A DNA stretch of 64,000 nucleotides from Dehalococcoidia bacterium. GTDB lineage: Bacteria; Chloroflexota; Dehalococcoidia; Lucifugimonadales; UBA1127. The stretch's first letter is position 1; each line of letters opens with the position of its first letter. Below are positions 38,844-52,969 of the stretch, piece by piece. Where the stretch lies: assembly GCA_965217675.1 (NCBI GenBank), contig OZ244559.1, positions 2,131,979 through 2,195,978 of the forward strand, read 5' to 3'. The notes beneath the pieces were generated by a model, which made no database searches, was not told the origin of the DNA, and worked only from the letters and a program-made list of their open reading frames with translations. A program made the position numbers and the translations under genes.

Positions 38844-38991
38844 TGCTACGGCCATGATACCATTCAGCACACTACAGGCCAACGGGGAACGGGTCGCTTA
38901 GACATCAACTGAGGAGACTTACAGACGCCTTCTTGCCGTTCCCCTCGAAGTGAAAATGGGACGCCTCCGACAAGAATTTAACAATAGGTCA

Positions 38992-39019
38992 TTGCTCTGT
39001 GCCTTGCCCCCGCTATAGT
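38992..39019 (+). promoter_or_regulatory. Candidate pyr operon promoter
   Basis: TTGCTC (38992-38997), 16-nt spacer, TATAGT (39014-39019). Confidence 0.35.
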
Positions 39020-39059
39020 CACGGTGCTACCCTAGTAACGACATCGTTGGGTGGTTCCC

Positions 39060-39166
39060 TCCTTATTGGGAGGAAGCCTTTAAGGGCAGCCCCGTGAGGC
39101 TGGCAAGGCGCTCCACTCCGTAGCAATGGCGTGCAACCTGCGCGCCCGAGCCAATGGCTTCGGAGA
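39060..39166 (+). promoter_or_regulatory. Candidate PyrR-binding leader RNA (binding loop / antiterminator region)
   Basis: CCUUUAAGGGCAGCCCCGUGAGGCUGGCAAGG (39077-39108) resembles the PyrR binding-loop pattern (UUUAA ... CAG-loop-GAGGCUG ... AAGG). It lies directly upstream of a strong terminator and pyrR. Confidence 0.55.
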
Positions 39167-39194
39167 CCCTTGCCGGAATGGGCAAGGGTTTTTT
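39167..39194 (+). terminator. Attenuator intrinsic terminator in the pyrR leader
   Basis: CCCTTGCC-GGAATG-GGCAAGGG followed by TTTTTT, 46 nt upstream of the pyrR ATG. Confidence 0.75.
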
Positions 39195-39236
39195 CTTGCC
39201 CGCTTCACACGGTCTGCGAGTAGTCGCGAAGGGTGA

Positions 39237-39806
<570 letters not shown>

Positions 39807-39809
39807 ACC

Positions 39810-40850
39810 ATGACAAGCACGCAAACCCCTCGCGAACAGTATGCAACGGCGGCGCACGCTCCGCTCGTAGAGACACCGCCGCCGGCCGTATGGCGCCACC
39901 GTCACCTGCTGGACCTGGACGCGGTTTCGCGGGAGGAGATCGCCACCGTGCTCCGGTCGGCACAGGCGATGAAGGCGATGTTGCGGCGCGATGTGAAGAA
40001 GGCTCCAACGTTGCGGGGCCGCACCATCGTCACCCTCTTCAGCGAGCCCAGCACACGCACTCGCGTGTCCTTCGAGACTGCGGGCAAACTCCTCTCCGCT
40101 GATGTCATCAACCTCTCCTCCGACGGCAGCAGCACGGAGAAGGGCGAGTCGCTGGTGGACACGGTGCTCACCCTGCAAGCCGCCGCCGCGGACGTGCTGG
40201 TGATGCGGCACAGCCACTCGGGGGCACCGTACCTGGCTGCCAAGACTCTGGAGCGCACGGCCGTCATCAACGCCGGAGATGGCGCGCACGCCCACCCGAC
40301 GCAGGCGCTGCTCGACCTCTTCACCATCCAGGAACGCCTGGGAAGCCTTGAAGGCAAGCGTGTGGCGCTCGTCGGCGACATCTCCCACAGCCGCGTCGCG
40401 CGGTCGGACCTGTGGGGGCTCTGCAAGATGGGCGCAAAGCCCGTGCTGTGCGGGCCACCGACGCTCATGCCGTGGGACCTGCTCAAACGCCGCGCTGACG
40501 AAGGCCATCCCTTCGCCGCCGTGGAGGTGGAGACCGACATCGACCGGGCCATGCGGGGAGCCGACGTCGTCATGCCTCTGCGCCTTCAAAAGGAGCGTCA
40601 GACGGCGGGCCTCTTGCCAAGCGTACGCGAGTACGTACGACTCTGGCAGGTGGACCAGGACCGGCTCTCGCGCAACTGCCCGCAGGCAATCGTCATGCAC
40701 CCCGGCCCGATGAACGAGGGTGTAGAAATCAGCCCGGACGTGGCCCATGGCGCGGCCTCCGCCGTAGAGGAGCAGGTCGCCAACGGCCTCGCCGTCCGCA
40801 TGGCGCTGCTGCTCATCCTCGCCGCGCCCCACGGAGGTGACCATGACTAA
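39810..40850 (+). CDS. pyrB: Aspartate carbamoyltransferase catalytic subunit
   Basis: STRTR, HPTQALLD and HPGP motifs. Confidence 0.95.
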   Translation: MTSTQTPREQYATAAHAPLVETPPPAVWRHRHLLDLDAVSREEIATVLRSAQAMKAMLRRDVKKAPTLRGRTIVTLFSEPSTRTRVSFETAGKLLSADVINLSSDGSSTEKGESLVDTVLTLQAAAADVLVMRHSHSGAPYLAAKTLERTAVINAGDGAHAHPTQALLDLFTIQERLGSLEGKRVALVGDISHSRVARSDLWGLCKMGAKPVLCGPPTLMPWDLLKRRADEGHPFAAVEVETDIDRAMRGADVVMPLRLQKERQTAGLLPSVREYVRLWQVDQDRLSRNCPQAIVMHPGPMNEGVEISPDVAHGAASAVEEQVANGLAVRMALLLILAAPHGGDHD

Positions 40851-42261
40851 CGCAATCCTGATCAAGGGCGGCCGCATCATAGACCCGGCGCAGGGGCTGG
40901 ACGGCGGCGGCGACGTGCTCATCGTCGATGGTGTGGTCGTGTCCGCGGGCCCGGAGGCACAGGCTCCGGACGGCTGCACTGTCTTCGACGCCACAGGCCT
41001 CGTTGTCACGCCGGGCTTCATCGACTTGCACGTCCACCTGCGTGAGCCGGGGTATGAGGACAAGGAGACGGTTGCCACGGGCGCCCTGGCCGCCGTTCGG
41101 GGCGGCTTCACCACCGTGTGCGCCATGCCCAACACCGACCCACCCATGGACAACGCCGCTGTCATTCGCCACGTCCGCGAGGCCGCGGGGCAGGCGGGGT
41201 TAGCCCGTGTGCTGCCGATCGGGTGCGTCACCCGCGGCCGCGCAGGCAAGGCCCTCGCCGACATGGGCGAGATGGCCGAGGCCGGGGCCATCGGCTTCAG
41301 CGACGACGGCTCGCCCGTCGCCGACCCGACGCTCATGCGCAACGCCCTCACCTACAGCACGATAACCGGCCTGCCCGTCATCAACCACTGCGAGGAGCCG
41401 TCGCTGGCAAATGACGGCGTACTGCACGAGGGCTGGGTCGCCAGCCGGTTGGGCCTGCCGGGGCAGCCCGCCGCCGCGGAGGAGACGATGGTGGCGCGGG
41501 ACATCGAGCTTGCGGCGCTCACCGGCGGCAAGCTGCACCTGGCCCACATCAGCACGGAAGGGACCATGACGCTGCTGCGGCAGGCCAAGGCCGCAGGCAA
41601 GGCAAACGTCACCTCGGAAGTGACGCCGCACCACCTGCTGCTGACGGAAGAGTGGGCACTGGGCGGAATCGAGGGCGGCTCCGGCGAGTTGACCGCGCCA
41701 GACCCCTACGGCGCACTGACGCGCACCGCCTACGACACTCGCGCCAAGGTCAACCCACCCCTGCGCACGGAGGACGACACTATCGCCCTCATCGAGGGGC
41801 TCAAGGACGGGACGATCGATGCCATCGCAACCGACCACGCGCCGCATGCGTCGACCGACAAGGCGTGCACGATGCAGGAGGCTGCATTCGGCATCTCCGG
41901 ACTGGAGACGGCCTTCGGGTTGGTCTACTCGCTGGTGGACCGGGGGGACACCGACCTACCGACGCTCATCGCTCGGCTGACCGCTGGTCCGGCGCGGGTG
42001 CTGGGCGCGGACACCGTCGAGGCAGCGGAGGCCTCGGGGTTACCGGTGCTCGGCACGCTGCAGCCCGGTGCGGCTGGCGACGTGACGGTGCTGGACCCCG
42101 ACGCCGAATGGGCAGTTGACACGACCACCTTCGCGTCCAAGGGGCGGAACACCCCGCTGGATGGGATCACCCTGAAGGGGCACGTCGTCAAAACGATCGT
42201 CGGCGGGCGCCTGGTGCACGACGCGCAAGGCGACGCCAAGGGAGAGGCCAATGGCAACTAG
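40843..42261 (+). CDS. pyrC: Dihydroorotase
   Basis: DLHVHLREPG metal motif, ATDHAPH. ATG 40843 has GGAGG 5 nt upstream and overlaps pyrB by 8 nt. Confidence 0.9.
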   Translation: MTNAILIKGGRIIDPAQGLDGGGDVLIVDGVVVSAGPEAQAPDGCTVFDATGLVVTPGFIDLHVHLREPGYEDKETVATGALAAVRGGFTTVCAMPNTDPPMDNAAVIRHVREAAGQAGLARVLPIGCVTRGRAGKALADMGEMAEAGAIGFSDDGSPVADPTLMRNALTYSTITGLPVINHCEEPSLANDGVLHEGWVASRLGLPGQPAAAEETMVARDIELAALTGGKLHLAHISTEGTMTLLRQAKAAGKANVTSEVTPHHLLLTEEWALGGIEGGSGELTAPDPYGALTRTAYDTRAKVNPPLRTEDDTIALIEGLKDGTIDAIATDHAPHASTDKACTMQEAAFGISGLETAFGLVYSLVDRGDTDLPTLIARLTAGPARVLGADTVEAAEASGLPVLGTLQPGAAGDVTVLDPDAEWAVDTTTFASKGRNTPLDGITLKGHVVKTIVGGRLVHDAQGDAKGEANGN

Positions 42262-42288
42262 CGACCCGCACCTGACGGAGGGCCGGCA

Positions 42289-43401
42289 ATGACCACACCC
42301 GCCTTCGTGGTGCTGGAGGACGGCACGATCTACCGGGGCGAGTCCTTCGGCGCGCCCGTCACGGTCTACGGTGAAGTTGTCTTCACGACTGCTATGACCG
42401 GCTACCAGGAGATGCTTACGGACCCCTCCTTTGCCGGGCAGATCGTTGTGCCCACGTACCCGCTGCAGGGCAACTACGGCATCAACGTGATGGACGTGGA
42501 GTCGCGGCGCATTCAAGCGGCCGGGTACATCGTGCGGGGGCATTCCTTGACGCCCAGCCACGCCCTCAGCGACATCACCCTGCATGAGTACCTCCTCTCG
42601 GAGGGCATCCCCGGCGTCAGCGGAATCGACACGCGGGCACTGACGCGTCGACTGCGGGTGAGCGGCGTAATGATGGGCGCAGTCGCCGTCGATGTCTCGC
42701 CGGATGAAGCGCTGGCGCAGTTGCGGCACGGACCCCGCTATGAGACAACGGACTTCGTTGGACGGGTGTCAACGAACGCTCTTTACGCCTGGGAGGGGGG
42801 CGGAACGGCATTCGAGGGTCAGGAGCCCGGCGACCGGAAGCGCATTGTCGTCACCGACTACGGGGTGAAGTACAACATCCTGCGCATCCTTGAACGCAAC
42901 GGCTGCGAGGTCATCGCCGCACCGCCGGGCGCTTCCGCGGAGGAAATCCTCGAGCTGAAGCCGGACGGCGTGCTGCTGTCGCCTGGGCCCGGGGACCCGG
43001 TGCACCTCGACTACGGCGTTGACACGGCGAGGGCGCTCATAGGCAAGACACCCATCATGGGCATCTGTCTCGGGCACCAAGTAGTGGCGCGGGCGTTGGG
43101 TGGCAACACCTACAAGCTGAAGTTCGGCCACCGGGGTGCGAACCACCCCGTGAAGGAACTCCACTCGGGCCACGTCCATATCACGGCGCAGAACCACGGC
43201 TACGCCGTCGACGCAGACAGCCTGCCCGCGGACCTTGAAATTACCCACCTCAGCCTGAATGACGGCACGGTGGAGGGGCTTCGGCACCGCTCCGCCCCTG
43301 TGCTGACCATCCAGTACCACTCCGAGGCGTCGCCAGGCCCGCGCGACAATGAGTACCTCTTCGACGCCTTCATGCGCATGGTGTGGGACGGGCGCATATA
43401 A
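42289..43401 (+). CDS. carA: Carbamoyl-phosphate synthase small (glutaminase) subunit
   Basis: GICLGHQ catalytic Cys motif, [13 protein letters not shown]. Confidence 0.95.
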   Translation: MTTPAFVVLEDGTIYRGESFGAPVTVYGEVVFTTAMTGYQEMLTDPSFAGQIVVPTYPLQGNYGINVMDVESRRIQAAGYIVRGHSLTPSHALSDITLHEYLLSEGIPGVSGIDTRALTRRLRVSGVMMGAVAVDVSPDEALAQLRHGPRYETTDFVGRVSTNALYAWEGGGTAFEGQEPGDRKRIVVTDYGVKYNILRILERNGCEVIAAPPGASAEEILELKPDGVLLSPGPGDPVHLDYGVDTARALIGKTPIMGICLGHQVVARALGGNTYKLKFGHRGANHPVKELHSGHVHITAQNHGYAVDADSLPADLEITHLSLNDGTVEGLRHRSAPVLTIQYHSEASPGPRDNEYLFDAFMRMVWDGRI

Positions 43402-43462
43402 CCAGCAGGGTACACTTCGCGCCGTGACGCAGGGCGGCGGCGGAATGGAAGGACAGGGTCGG

Positions 43463-46789
<3,327 letters not shown>

Positions 46790-46812
46790 GTGGCTTCCCA
46801 GCCACCCCAAAA

Positions 46813-46839
46813 GAAGGCCCCTCTTGGAGGGGCCCTTTC
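46813..46839. terminator. Hairpin between convergent carB and methyltransferase genes
   Basis: AAGGCCCCTC-TTGG-AGGGGCCCTT (one bulge) followed by TTT. Confidence 0.55.
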
Positions 46840-46861
46840 AGATTCACTTGATTGGTGGCCG

Positions 46862-47677
46862 CTACTGCCGCGTGGCGATCACCGTGAGCCAGTTGCGGGG
46901 GACGTTCTCCAAGCCCAGCTCCTCAAAGGCCTGACGGGCGCCGGTCTGGAGGGCCTCTGAGCCGTATTCCAGCGGCACGCCGGGCATTGCGCCTTCAATG
47001 AAGGCCTCGTACTGGCTGATGGCTAGGAAGCCTGCCAGGTCCATCGGCGCGGGGCAGAGGTGGGTGCGGGCCACGGAGAAGCCATTGCGCAACAACAGGG
47101 CTTCGTATTCCTCGGCGGTAAGCTGAAGGCGGGCGGCCACCTTCTCATGCTTGGGGAACATGTTGTATTTGGATTTGAGGGCACGAAGGGACTTTGACAT
47201 CCAGCGGCGGTAGAACTGTTCGGACTCCGGAGGGACACTGCCCAGGAAAAAGGTGGTGTTGAAGGCAAAGGTGCCGCCGGGCCGGAGCGTTGCTGCAACC
47301 TCCGCAACCAGCGTTTGCTTGTCGGGCACCATATGAATGCCGTTGCAGAACACTACGCCATCCACCCTGAAGTTGACGATGGTGGACAGGTGCTCGGCGC
47401 GGCTGTGGATGAATTCCAACGCCACGTCGCGCGCAGAACCCAGTTGCGTCATCGCCTCCCGAATAGCCGACGCAGACATGTCAATTGCGATGACAACGCT
47501 GTCCCGCGCGCCCTTAATGCGGTCGGCGATGAGCCGGGTCACGGCGCCAGTGCCACAGGCAAGGTCAACGATCTTCTGCCCGGGGTGGAAGTCGACCATA
47601 TCCACCAGTTGGCGGTTGACCACCTGGTAGAACCCCTGCGCTGCAAAGGGGGCGTACGAGAACCGGGACTCTTCCAT
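46862..47677 (-). CDS. Class I SAM-dependent methyltransferase
   Basis: SAM motif I VDLACGTGAVT. ATG 47677 has GAGGTG 5 nt upstream (ORF-track GTG 47683 is in frame). Confidence 0.8.
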   Translation of the reverse strand: MEESRFSYAPFAAQGFYQVVNRQLVDMVDFHPGQKIVDLACGTGAVTRLIADRIKGARDSVVIAIDMSASAIREAMTQLGSARDVALEFIHSRAEHLSTIVNFRVDGVVFCNGIHMVPDKQTLVAEVAATLRPGGTFAFNTTFFLGSVPPESEQFYRRWMSKSLRALKSKYNMFPKHEKVAARLQLTAEEYEALLLRNGFSVARTHLCPAPMDLAGFLAISQYEAFIEGAMPGVPLEYGSEALQTGARQAFEELGLENVPRNWLTVIATRQ

Positions 47678-47817
47678 CTGCACACCTCAGGCTAACGCCT
47701 TATCGGGATAGCCCTGGTTGACAAGCGCCGCCAATGCCATTGAGGGGGGCTTTTCAACCATTCCATATTGTAATGGCCTTGTCCAGTTATTGATAGAGGA
47801 TGGAAGAAACCCGCGCG

Positions 47818-47846
47818 TTGACACCGGCTGAGGCCCTTTCTACACT
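47818..47846 (+). promoter_or_regulatory. Candidate promoter
   Basis: TTGACA (47818-47823), 17-nt spacer, TACACT (47841-47846). Confidence 0.4.
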
Positions 47847-47879
47847 GAAATTCCGCAGCCAGTCCAGGCGCAGCGCCAT

Positions 47880-48140
47880 TTGTGCTCCCCCTCAAGAAGC
47901 TTGGCTGCGGAAGGATGGCCCGTCGCCGTGTACGATCCACGTTACAGGTTCTACCGCGCCACCCTCAGCTCCGGCAGCAGGATTGTCCTCGGGGTTGTGG
48001 TGTTTGCCTTCGGCCTGTTTCTGATATCGCCCGTGGCCGAATGGCTCCTGAAGCTCGTGGGTTGGGTTGCCATGATTGGAGGCGCTGTCGTCTTCGCCGC
48101 AGGACTTTGGACCGCTCTACGGAGCAGGGAGCAGCACTGA
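47880..48140 (+). CDS. Possible small two-TM membrane protein
   Basis: Two hydrophobic segments: IVLGVVVFAFGLFLISPV and LVGWVAMIGGAVVFAAGLW. Start uncertain (TTG 47880 or GTG 47928). Confidence 0.4.
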   Translation: MCSPSRSLAAEGWPVAVYDPRYRFYRATLSSGSRIVLGVVVFAFGLFLISPVAEWLLKLVGWVAMIGGAVVFAAGLWTALRSREQH

Positions 48141-48141
48141 C

Positions 48142-48471
48142 ATGCCCGGTTCCAACCAATCCGGATCCCGTACAGACACCCTCGCCCGCATTGCTGTGAA
48201 GCTTGAAGGCCCTTCGGAGTACCGGGGAACCGAAATCATCGGCGACCTGCGCGTCATCGCGGAGACGCTCTACTACCCCTTCAAGTTTGTCGCGTTTTGG
48301 GACGGGCAGACGGGCAACCACCTCTGTCCGCAGACGCAGGCCGGGCTACCCTGCGCGCACACCCCAGACGACGCCGGCCGCACCGCCTACTCCGTTGCCG
48401 TAGAGGACGAGATGGCCGGTGAGTTAGAGGTGATCTTCCCTCACGCCGACCTGTCCATCTTTCTGGGATAG
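48142..48471 (+). CDS. Hypothetical protein (109 aa)
   Basis: ATG 48142 lies 1 nt after the stop of the preceding small ORF. No recognisable motifs. Confidence 0.45.
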   Translation: MPGSNQSGSRTDTLARIAVKLEGPSEYRGTEIIGDLRVIAETLYYPFKFVAFWDGQTGNHLCPQTQAGLPCAHTPDDAGRTAYSVAVEDEMAGELEVIFPHADLSIFLG

Positions 48472-48525
48472 ACGGTTGTTTCGCCTCCGTTCAATGGGTC
48501 CCGTGGTACCCCTTCCATCTCCCTA

Positions 48526-48534
48526 TGCTATAAT
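48526..48534 (+). promoter_or_regulatory. Candidate extended -10 promoter element for tig
   Basis: TGCTATAAT (TGn + TATAAT), 53 nt upstream of the tig start. Confidence 0.4.
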
Positions 48535-48581
48535 TGAAACGACCCTCACACGAGGCAATTGAAACAACCCTCACACGAGGC
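48532..48581 (+). repeat. 25-bp tandem duplication in the tig leader
   Basis: AATTGAAACGACCCTCACACGAGGC (48532-48556) and AATTGAAACAACCCTCACACGAGGC (48557-48581), one mismatch. Confidence 0.85.
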
Positions 48582-48586
48582 TGCCA

Positions 48587-49969
48587 TTGAAGATAACCCG
48601 TGAAGAAGAAGCCGTCCGCCAAACTGTGCTCAACATTGAGATGGAAGAGGCGGACCTCGAGAGCTACCTCCAGCGCGCGTACCAACGTGTTGTCCAGAAG
48701 GTCAAAGTTCCCGGTTTTCGCCCTGGCAAGGCACCCCGGCGCGTAGTCGAGCGGATCCTTGGACGGGAGTCGCTTCTCAATGAAGCGCTGGACTTCATGG
48801 TGCCGGAGGTCACTGCCAAAGCCATCGAGCAAGAGGATATCGAGGCTGGCGCTCAACCGGACGTAGAAGTCGTCGAGACTGAGCCGGTCACCATCAAGGC
48901 CATCGTGCCGCTTACGCCGCTGGTCGACACCGGCGACTACCTCTCCGTGCGGATCCCCTGGGAACCGCCCATCGTCACCGAGGAGCAGGTGGACGAGGCT
49001 CTCGAGGAAGCGCGCCGCAAGGAATCCGTATGGGAGCCCGTCGAACGAGCTGCGGAGATAGGCGACGACCTCACCATGGAATTCAAGGGCGTTGTGGAGG
49101 GTGAAACGGTGGTGGAGCAGGAAGACGCCGCCTTCGTCCTCGACTCGGAGGCCCCCATTGCCGGATTCGGCGACGCCCTCAGCGGCATCGTCGCCGGCGA
49201 GACCCGAGAGTTCGAACTTCCCTTCCCGGACGAGTACTTCAACGAGAATCTGTCCGGTAAGATATGCACGTTCACCGTGACAGCCAAGGAGATAAAGGCC
49301 CAGGTCCTGCCGGAATTGGACGATGAGTTCGCCAAGGGCGTGGAGGACGGCTACGACTCCCTCGACTCCCTTAAGGACCACCTGCGAGAGCACCTGCAGG
49401 AGGAGCTGGACCATGAGGACGAGCACACCTACCAGGACGCCGTCATAGATGAGCTGCTTTTCGTCGGCTCCGTGGAACTGCCCCCCATCATGGTGGAGCG
49501 CGGCATAGACAACCACCTGCGGGAGATCCAGGACACTATCGGCCAGCGCATTGGCCGCGCCATTTCCCTTGAAGAGTACGTGGAGATAACCAAGAAGTCC
49601 GAGGAGGAGCTGCGGGAGGAGACTCGCGTCACCGTTGAAGAGCAGCTCCGTCGATCCTACCTCCTTACCCAGGTGGCCGAGAACGAGAGCATTGACCCGA
49701 CCGACAAGGACGTCGACGTGGAGATCGAGGAAATGGCGGTCCGCGCCGGTGACCAAGGCGAGCAGGTGCGCCAGCTCTTCATGAGCCAGGAGAACCGCGA
49801 TTCAGTCGCGCGCTCGATCCGCTCACGCCGCACGGTGGAACGGCTCGTCGACATCGCAAAGAGTGAGCCCGTATCCGAGCAGCCGTCGAACGAAGCCGGG
49901 CAAGAGGCGGCAGATGCCCCGGAGACCAGCGAAGCACAAACAGAGGAATCCACTGAGCAGGCCACCTAG
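48587..49969 (+). CDS. tig: Trigger factor
   Basis: 460 aa. N-terminal ribosome-binding region with GFRPGKAPR motif, acidic C-terminus. TTG start with GAGG 5 nt upstream. Sits in the conserved tig-clpP-clpX arrangement. Confidence 0.9.
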   Translation: MKITREEEAVRQTVLNIEMEEADLESYLQRAYQRVVQKVKVPGFRPGKAPRRVVERILGRESLLNEALDFMVPEVTAKAIEQEDIEAGAQPDVEVVETEPVTIKAIVPLTPLVDTGDYLSVRIPWEPPIVTEEQVDEALEEARRKESVWEPVERAAEIGDDLTMEFKGVVEGETVVEQEDAAFVLDSEAPIAGFGDALSGIVAGETREFELPFPDEYFNENLSGKICTFTVTAKEIKAQVLPELDDEFAKGVEDGYDSLDSLKDHLREHLQEELDHEDEHTYQDAVIDELLFVGSVELPPIMVERGIDNHLREIQDTIGQRIGRAISLEEYVEITKKSEEELREETRVTVEEQLRRSYLLTQVAENESIDPTDKDVDVEIEEMAVRAGDQGEQVRQLFMSQENRDSVARSIRSRRTVERLVDIAKSEPVSEQPSNEAGQEAADAPETSEAQTEESTEQAT

Positions 49970-50022
49970 CTGGACGGCCTGTTTGGGTGAGACATAGACA
50001 AGAGCACACAGGAGGAACGTCC

Positions 50023-50697
50023 ATGGCACGCAGGAACGTACACAGCGAGTCGGAGCTGATCAGCGCGGCAGGCAAGCTGATGGGACCGCCGCCGCAGAAC
50101 ATCATCCCCATGGTCATTGAGAGCGGCGCCAGGGGCGAGCGGTCCTTTGACATCTACTCCCTTCTCCTCAGGGAGCGCATAATCTTCCTCGGCACTCCTG
50201 TTGGCGACCAGGTGGCCAACCTCATCGTCGCGCAGCTCCTCTACCTGGAGCGGGAGGACCCGGAGAAGGACGTCAGCTTGTATATCAACTCACCGGGCGG
50301 CCAGGTCACTTCAGGAATGGCCATCCTGGACACCATGAACCTCGTCGCACCCGACGTGTCCACCATCTGCGTGGGCCTGGCCGCCAGCATGGGCACCATC
50401 CTCCTCTGCTCCGGCGCCACGGGCAAGCGCTATGGCCTGGCAAACTCCACCATCCACATGCACCAACCCCTTGGCGGCGCGCAGGGCCAGGCCACGGACA
50501 TTGAGATTGCGGCGAGGGAGATTCTACGGGTGCAGGACAAGCTCCGCCAGATTATCTCGTCGCAGACAGGAAAGCCCTACGAGCAGGTGGCCCGTGACTC
50601 GGACCGTGACTTTTGGCTGACAGCGGACGAAGCGGTGGACTACGGCCTGATAGACGAGGTCCTGGCAAAGCCACAGCCCGCGGCAGTGAGCAGCTAG
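50023..50697 (+). CDS. clpP: ATP-dependent Clp protease proteolytic subunit
   Basis: Ser GLAASMG, His IHMHQP, Asp motifs. ATG 50023 with GGAGGA SD. Confidence 0.95.
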   Translation: MARRNVHSESELISAAGKLMGPPPQNIIPMVIESGARGERSFDIYSLLLRERIIFLGTPVGDQVANLIVAQLLYLEREDPEKDVSLYINSPGGQVTSGMAILDTMNLVAPDVSTICVGLAASMGTILLCSGATGKRYGLANSTIHMHQPLGGAQGQATDIEIAAREILRVQDKLRQIISSQTGKPYEQVARDSDRDFWLTADEAVDYGLIDEVLAKPQPAAVSS

Positions 50698-50708
50698 GAA
50701 AGGGCGGC

Positions 50709-52019
50709 ATGGCCAGCAAGGCGAAGGGCGGAAACGACTACACTTGCTCCTTCTGCGGCAAAGCGCAGGGGCAGGTGAAACGGCTGGTGGCGGGCCCCGG
50801 CCTGGTCTTTATCTGCGACGAGTGCGTCGCCCTTTGCCAACAGATCATGGGCGACTACGCCGCGGCGGAATCGACCTCCGAGGCCGAGACTCCGGAAGTG
50901 CAGCAGGCACCCCAACGAGCCGAGTTTCTGCCGCCAAAGGTCATTTACGACAGGTTGGACGAGTACGTCATCGGGCAGGAGCATGCCAAGAAGGTCCTCA
51001 GCGTCGCTGTCTACAATCACTACAAGCGGATCTGGAACTCCGCAGACAGCTTCAGCAATGTGGAGCTGCAGAAGAGCAACATCCTGCTTATCGGCCCTAC
51101 CGGCAGCGGCAAGACCCTCCTCGCCCAGACCCTCGCCAAGATTCTCGACGTGCCATCCGCCATCTCCGACGCGACTTCCCTGACCGAGGCGGGCTATGTC
51201 GGCGAAGACGTGGAGCACATCTTGCTGCGCCTCATTCAGGCGGCCGACTGGGACTTGAGCCGCGCCGAACACGGCATTCTATACATTGACGAGATAGACA
51301 AGATTGCCCGCAAGAGTCCGAACCCTTCCATCACCCGGGACGTCTCCGGTGAGGGGGTGCAACAAAGCCTCCTCAAGATCATCGAGGGCACGCAGGCTGC
51401 CATTCCCCCGAATGGCGGCCGAAAGCACCCGCACCAGGAGTTTGTCCAGTTTAGGACGGACAATATCCTCTTCGTGTGCGGCGGCGCATTCGACGGGCTG
51501 GAGCAGGTGGTTGAAAAGCGCATCTTGAAGGACCGCCGCAGCATTGGCCTCGTTCGGGACGGTCGAAATCAGCCGGACACCGGCGAACTTGAGAACATCC
51601 TCCAGCACGTCAACAGCGATGACCTGCTGGAATACGGCTTCATTCCAGAGCTTGTGGGCCGTTTCCCTGTCGTAGTATCCCTGAACCCGCTCACCAAGGA
51701 TGACTTGGTGCGCGTCCTCACGGAGCCCAAGAACGCGGTGGTCAAGCAATACCAGCACCTGTTCTCGCTGGACAACGTGGAACTGGTCTTCCAACGCGAC
51801 GCCCTAGTGGCCGCAGCGGAGGAGACGATGCTGCACAAGACCGGCGCCCGAGGCCTCCGCACCATCATCGAGCGCACACTGCTGGAAGTCATGTACGAGT
51901 TGCCGTCACTGGAAGGGGTTAACCGCTGCCTCGTAGACGCTGAGGTGGTGCGGGGACTCAAGCCACCAGCGCTCCTCACCTCGGCAGGCGACACCGTGGA
52001 CCTGCCACGCGCGGCGTAG
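50709..52019 (+). CDS. clpX: ATP-dependent Clp protease ATP-binding subunit ClpX
   Basis: N-terminal zinc ribbon CSFCGK...CDEC, Walker A GPTGSGKT, Walker [10 protein letters not shown]. Confidence 0.95.
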   Translation: MASKAKGGNDYTCSFCGKAQGQVKRLVAGPGLVFICDECVALCQQIMGDYAAAESTSEAETPEVQQAPQRAEFLPPKVIYDRLDEYVIGQEHAKKVLSVAVYNHYKRIWNSADSFSNVELQKSNILLIGPTGSGKTLLAQTLAKILDVPSAISDATSLTEAGYVGEDVEHILLRLIQAADWDLSRAEHGILYIDEIDKIARKSPNPSITRDVSGEGVQQSLLKIIEGTQAAIPPNGGRKHPHQEFVQFRTDNILFVCGGAFDGLEQVVEKRILKDRRSIGLVRDGRNQPDTGELENILQHVNSDDLLEYGFIPELVGRFPVVVSLNPLTKDDLVRVLTEPKNAVVKQYQHLFSLDNVELVFQRDALVAAAEETMLHKTGARGLRTIIERTLLEVMYELPSLEGVNRCLVDAEVVRGLKPPALLTSAGDTVDLPRAA

Positions 52020-52022
52020 CAC

Positions 52023-52958
52023 CTACTCCGGCACTCGCAACCGCGGCACAACGTCTGAGGCAATCCGCTCCAGGTGGCCCACGTCCAATGACGGCACGCC
52101 CAACATGAACGTGGTGACTCCTGCGTTTACAAATTCTTGCAACTCAGCCGCCACTTCCTCCGGGGGCCCGTACACAGTAAACGCCGAGGGGTCCCTCTCT
52201 GGGCCGTAATACGCCTGAAGGAAAGGGGTTAGCGACGCCAGCGCCCGGCCACGGTCGTCGTCAACCGCCACGTAGACCAGCTTCCCTGCTTCCAACTGTT
52301 CCGGGTCGCGGCCCAATTCCCGCGCGTGCTCCAGCACCTGCTGCCAGCACGCGCGGAACTCGTCCGGCGGCGAGAATGCACCTCCGATCCAACCCTCCGT
52401 CAACTCCGCAGCGCGCCGCAGCACTGCGTCGGCCCGGCCGCCCATGTACAACGGGATGCCGCCATCGCGAATCGCCGCGGGTCGCACCACAGCCTCCTCC
52501 AACGTGTAAAACCGCCCATCATATGTGACCGGCTCACCGCGAAGCAGCGACTTCAGCAGCAGGATGTTTTCCCGCAAGCGAGGCACGCGTTCAGAAAGCT
52601 GCATTCCCAGCCCCGGAAATTCGTTGGGACGTCCACCTACGGACACCCCCAACAACACGCGACCGCCGGAGAAGTGGTCCAACGTGGAGAGCTGACGCGC
52701 CAGCGACGAGGCATTGCGCATCGAAAGCAGCAACACAGCCGTGCCGAGCATGATGCGCTCAGTCGCGCCCGCCGCCAGGGTAAGGAGCGTCAGCGGCTCC
52801 AGCAAATTGGCGCCGTGGAAGAGACGGTCCTCCGTCCACAAGCCGTGGTAGCCCAGCCGCTCCGCGTGCCGGAAGAAGTCGGTGTACCTTGCCGCAGAGG
52901 GCAGCGGCCCATCCGCCGCCGCTGGGACGTGCAACCCGACCTTAATTTCGTTTGTCAT
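52023..52958 (-). CDS. LLM-class (luciferase-like) flavin/F420-dependent oxidoreductase
   Basis: TIM-barrel LLM pattern (GYHGLWTEDRL, GGRVLLGVSVG). ATG 52958; the ORF-track start 53036 overlaps the etf gene. Confidence 0.85.
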   Translation of the reverse strand: MTNEIKVGLHVPAAADGPLPSAARYTDFFRHAERLGYHGLWTEDRLFHGANLLEPLTLLTLAAGATERIMLGTAVLLLSMRNASSLARQLSTLDHFSGGRVLLGVSVGGRPNEFPGLGMQLSERVPRLRENILLLKSLLRGEPVTYDGRFYTLEEAVVRPAAIRDGGIPLYMGGRADAVLRRAAELTEGWIGGAFSPPDEFRACWQQVLEHARELGRDPEQLEAGKLVYVAVDDDRGRALASLTPFLQAYYGPERDPSAFTVYGPPEEVAAELQEFVNAGVTTFMLGVPSLDVGHLERIASDVVPRLRVPE

Positions 52959-52969
52959 GGCCTCGCGCC

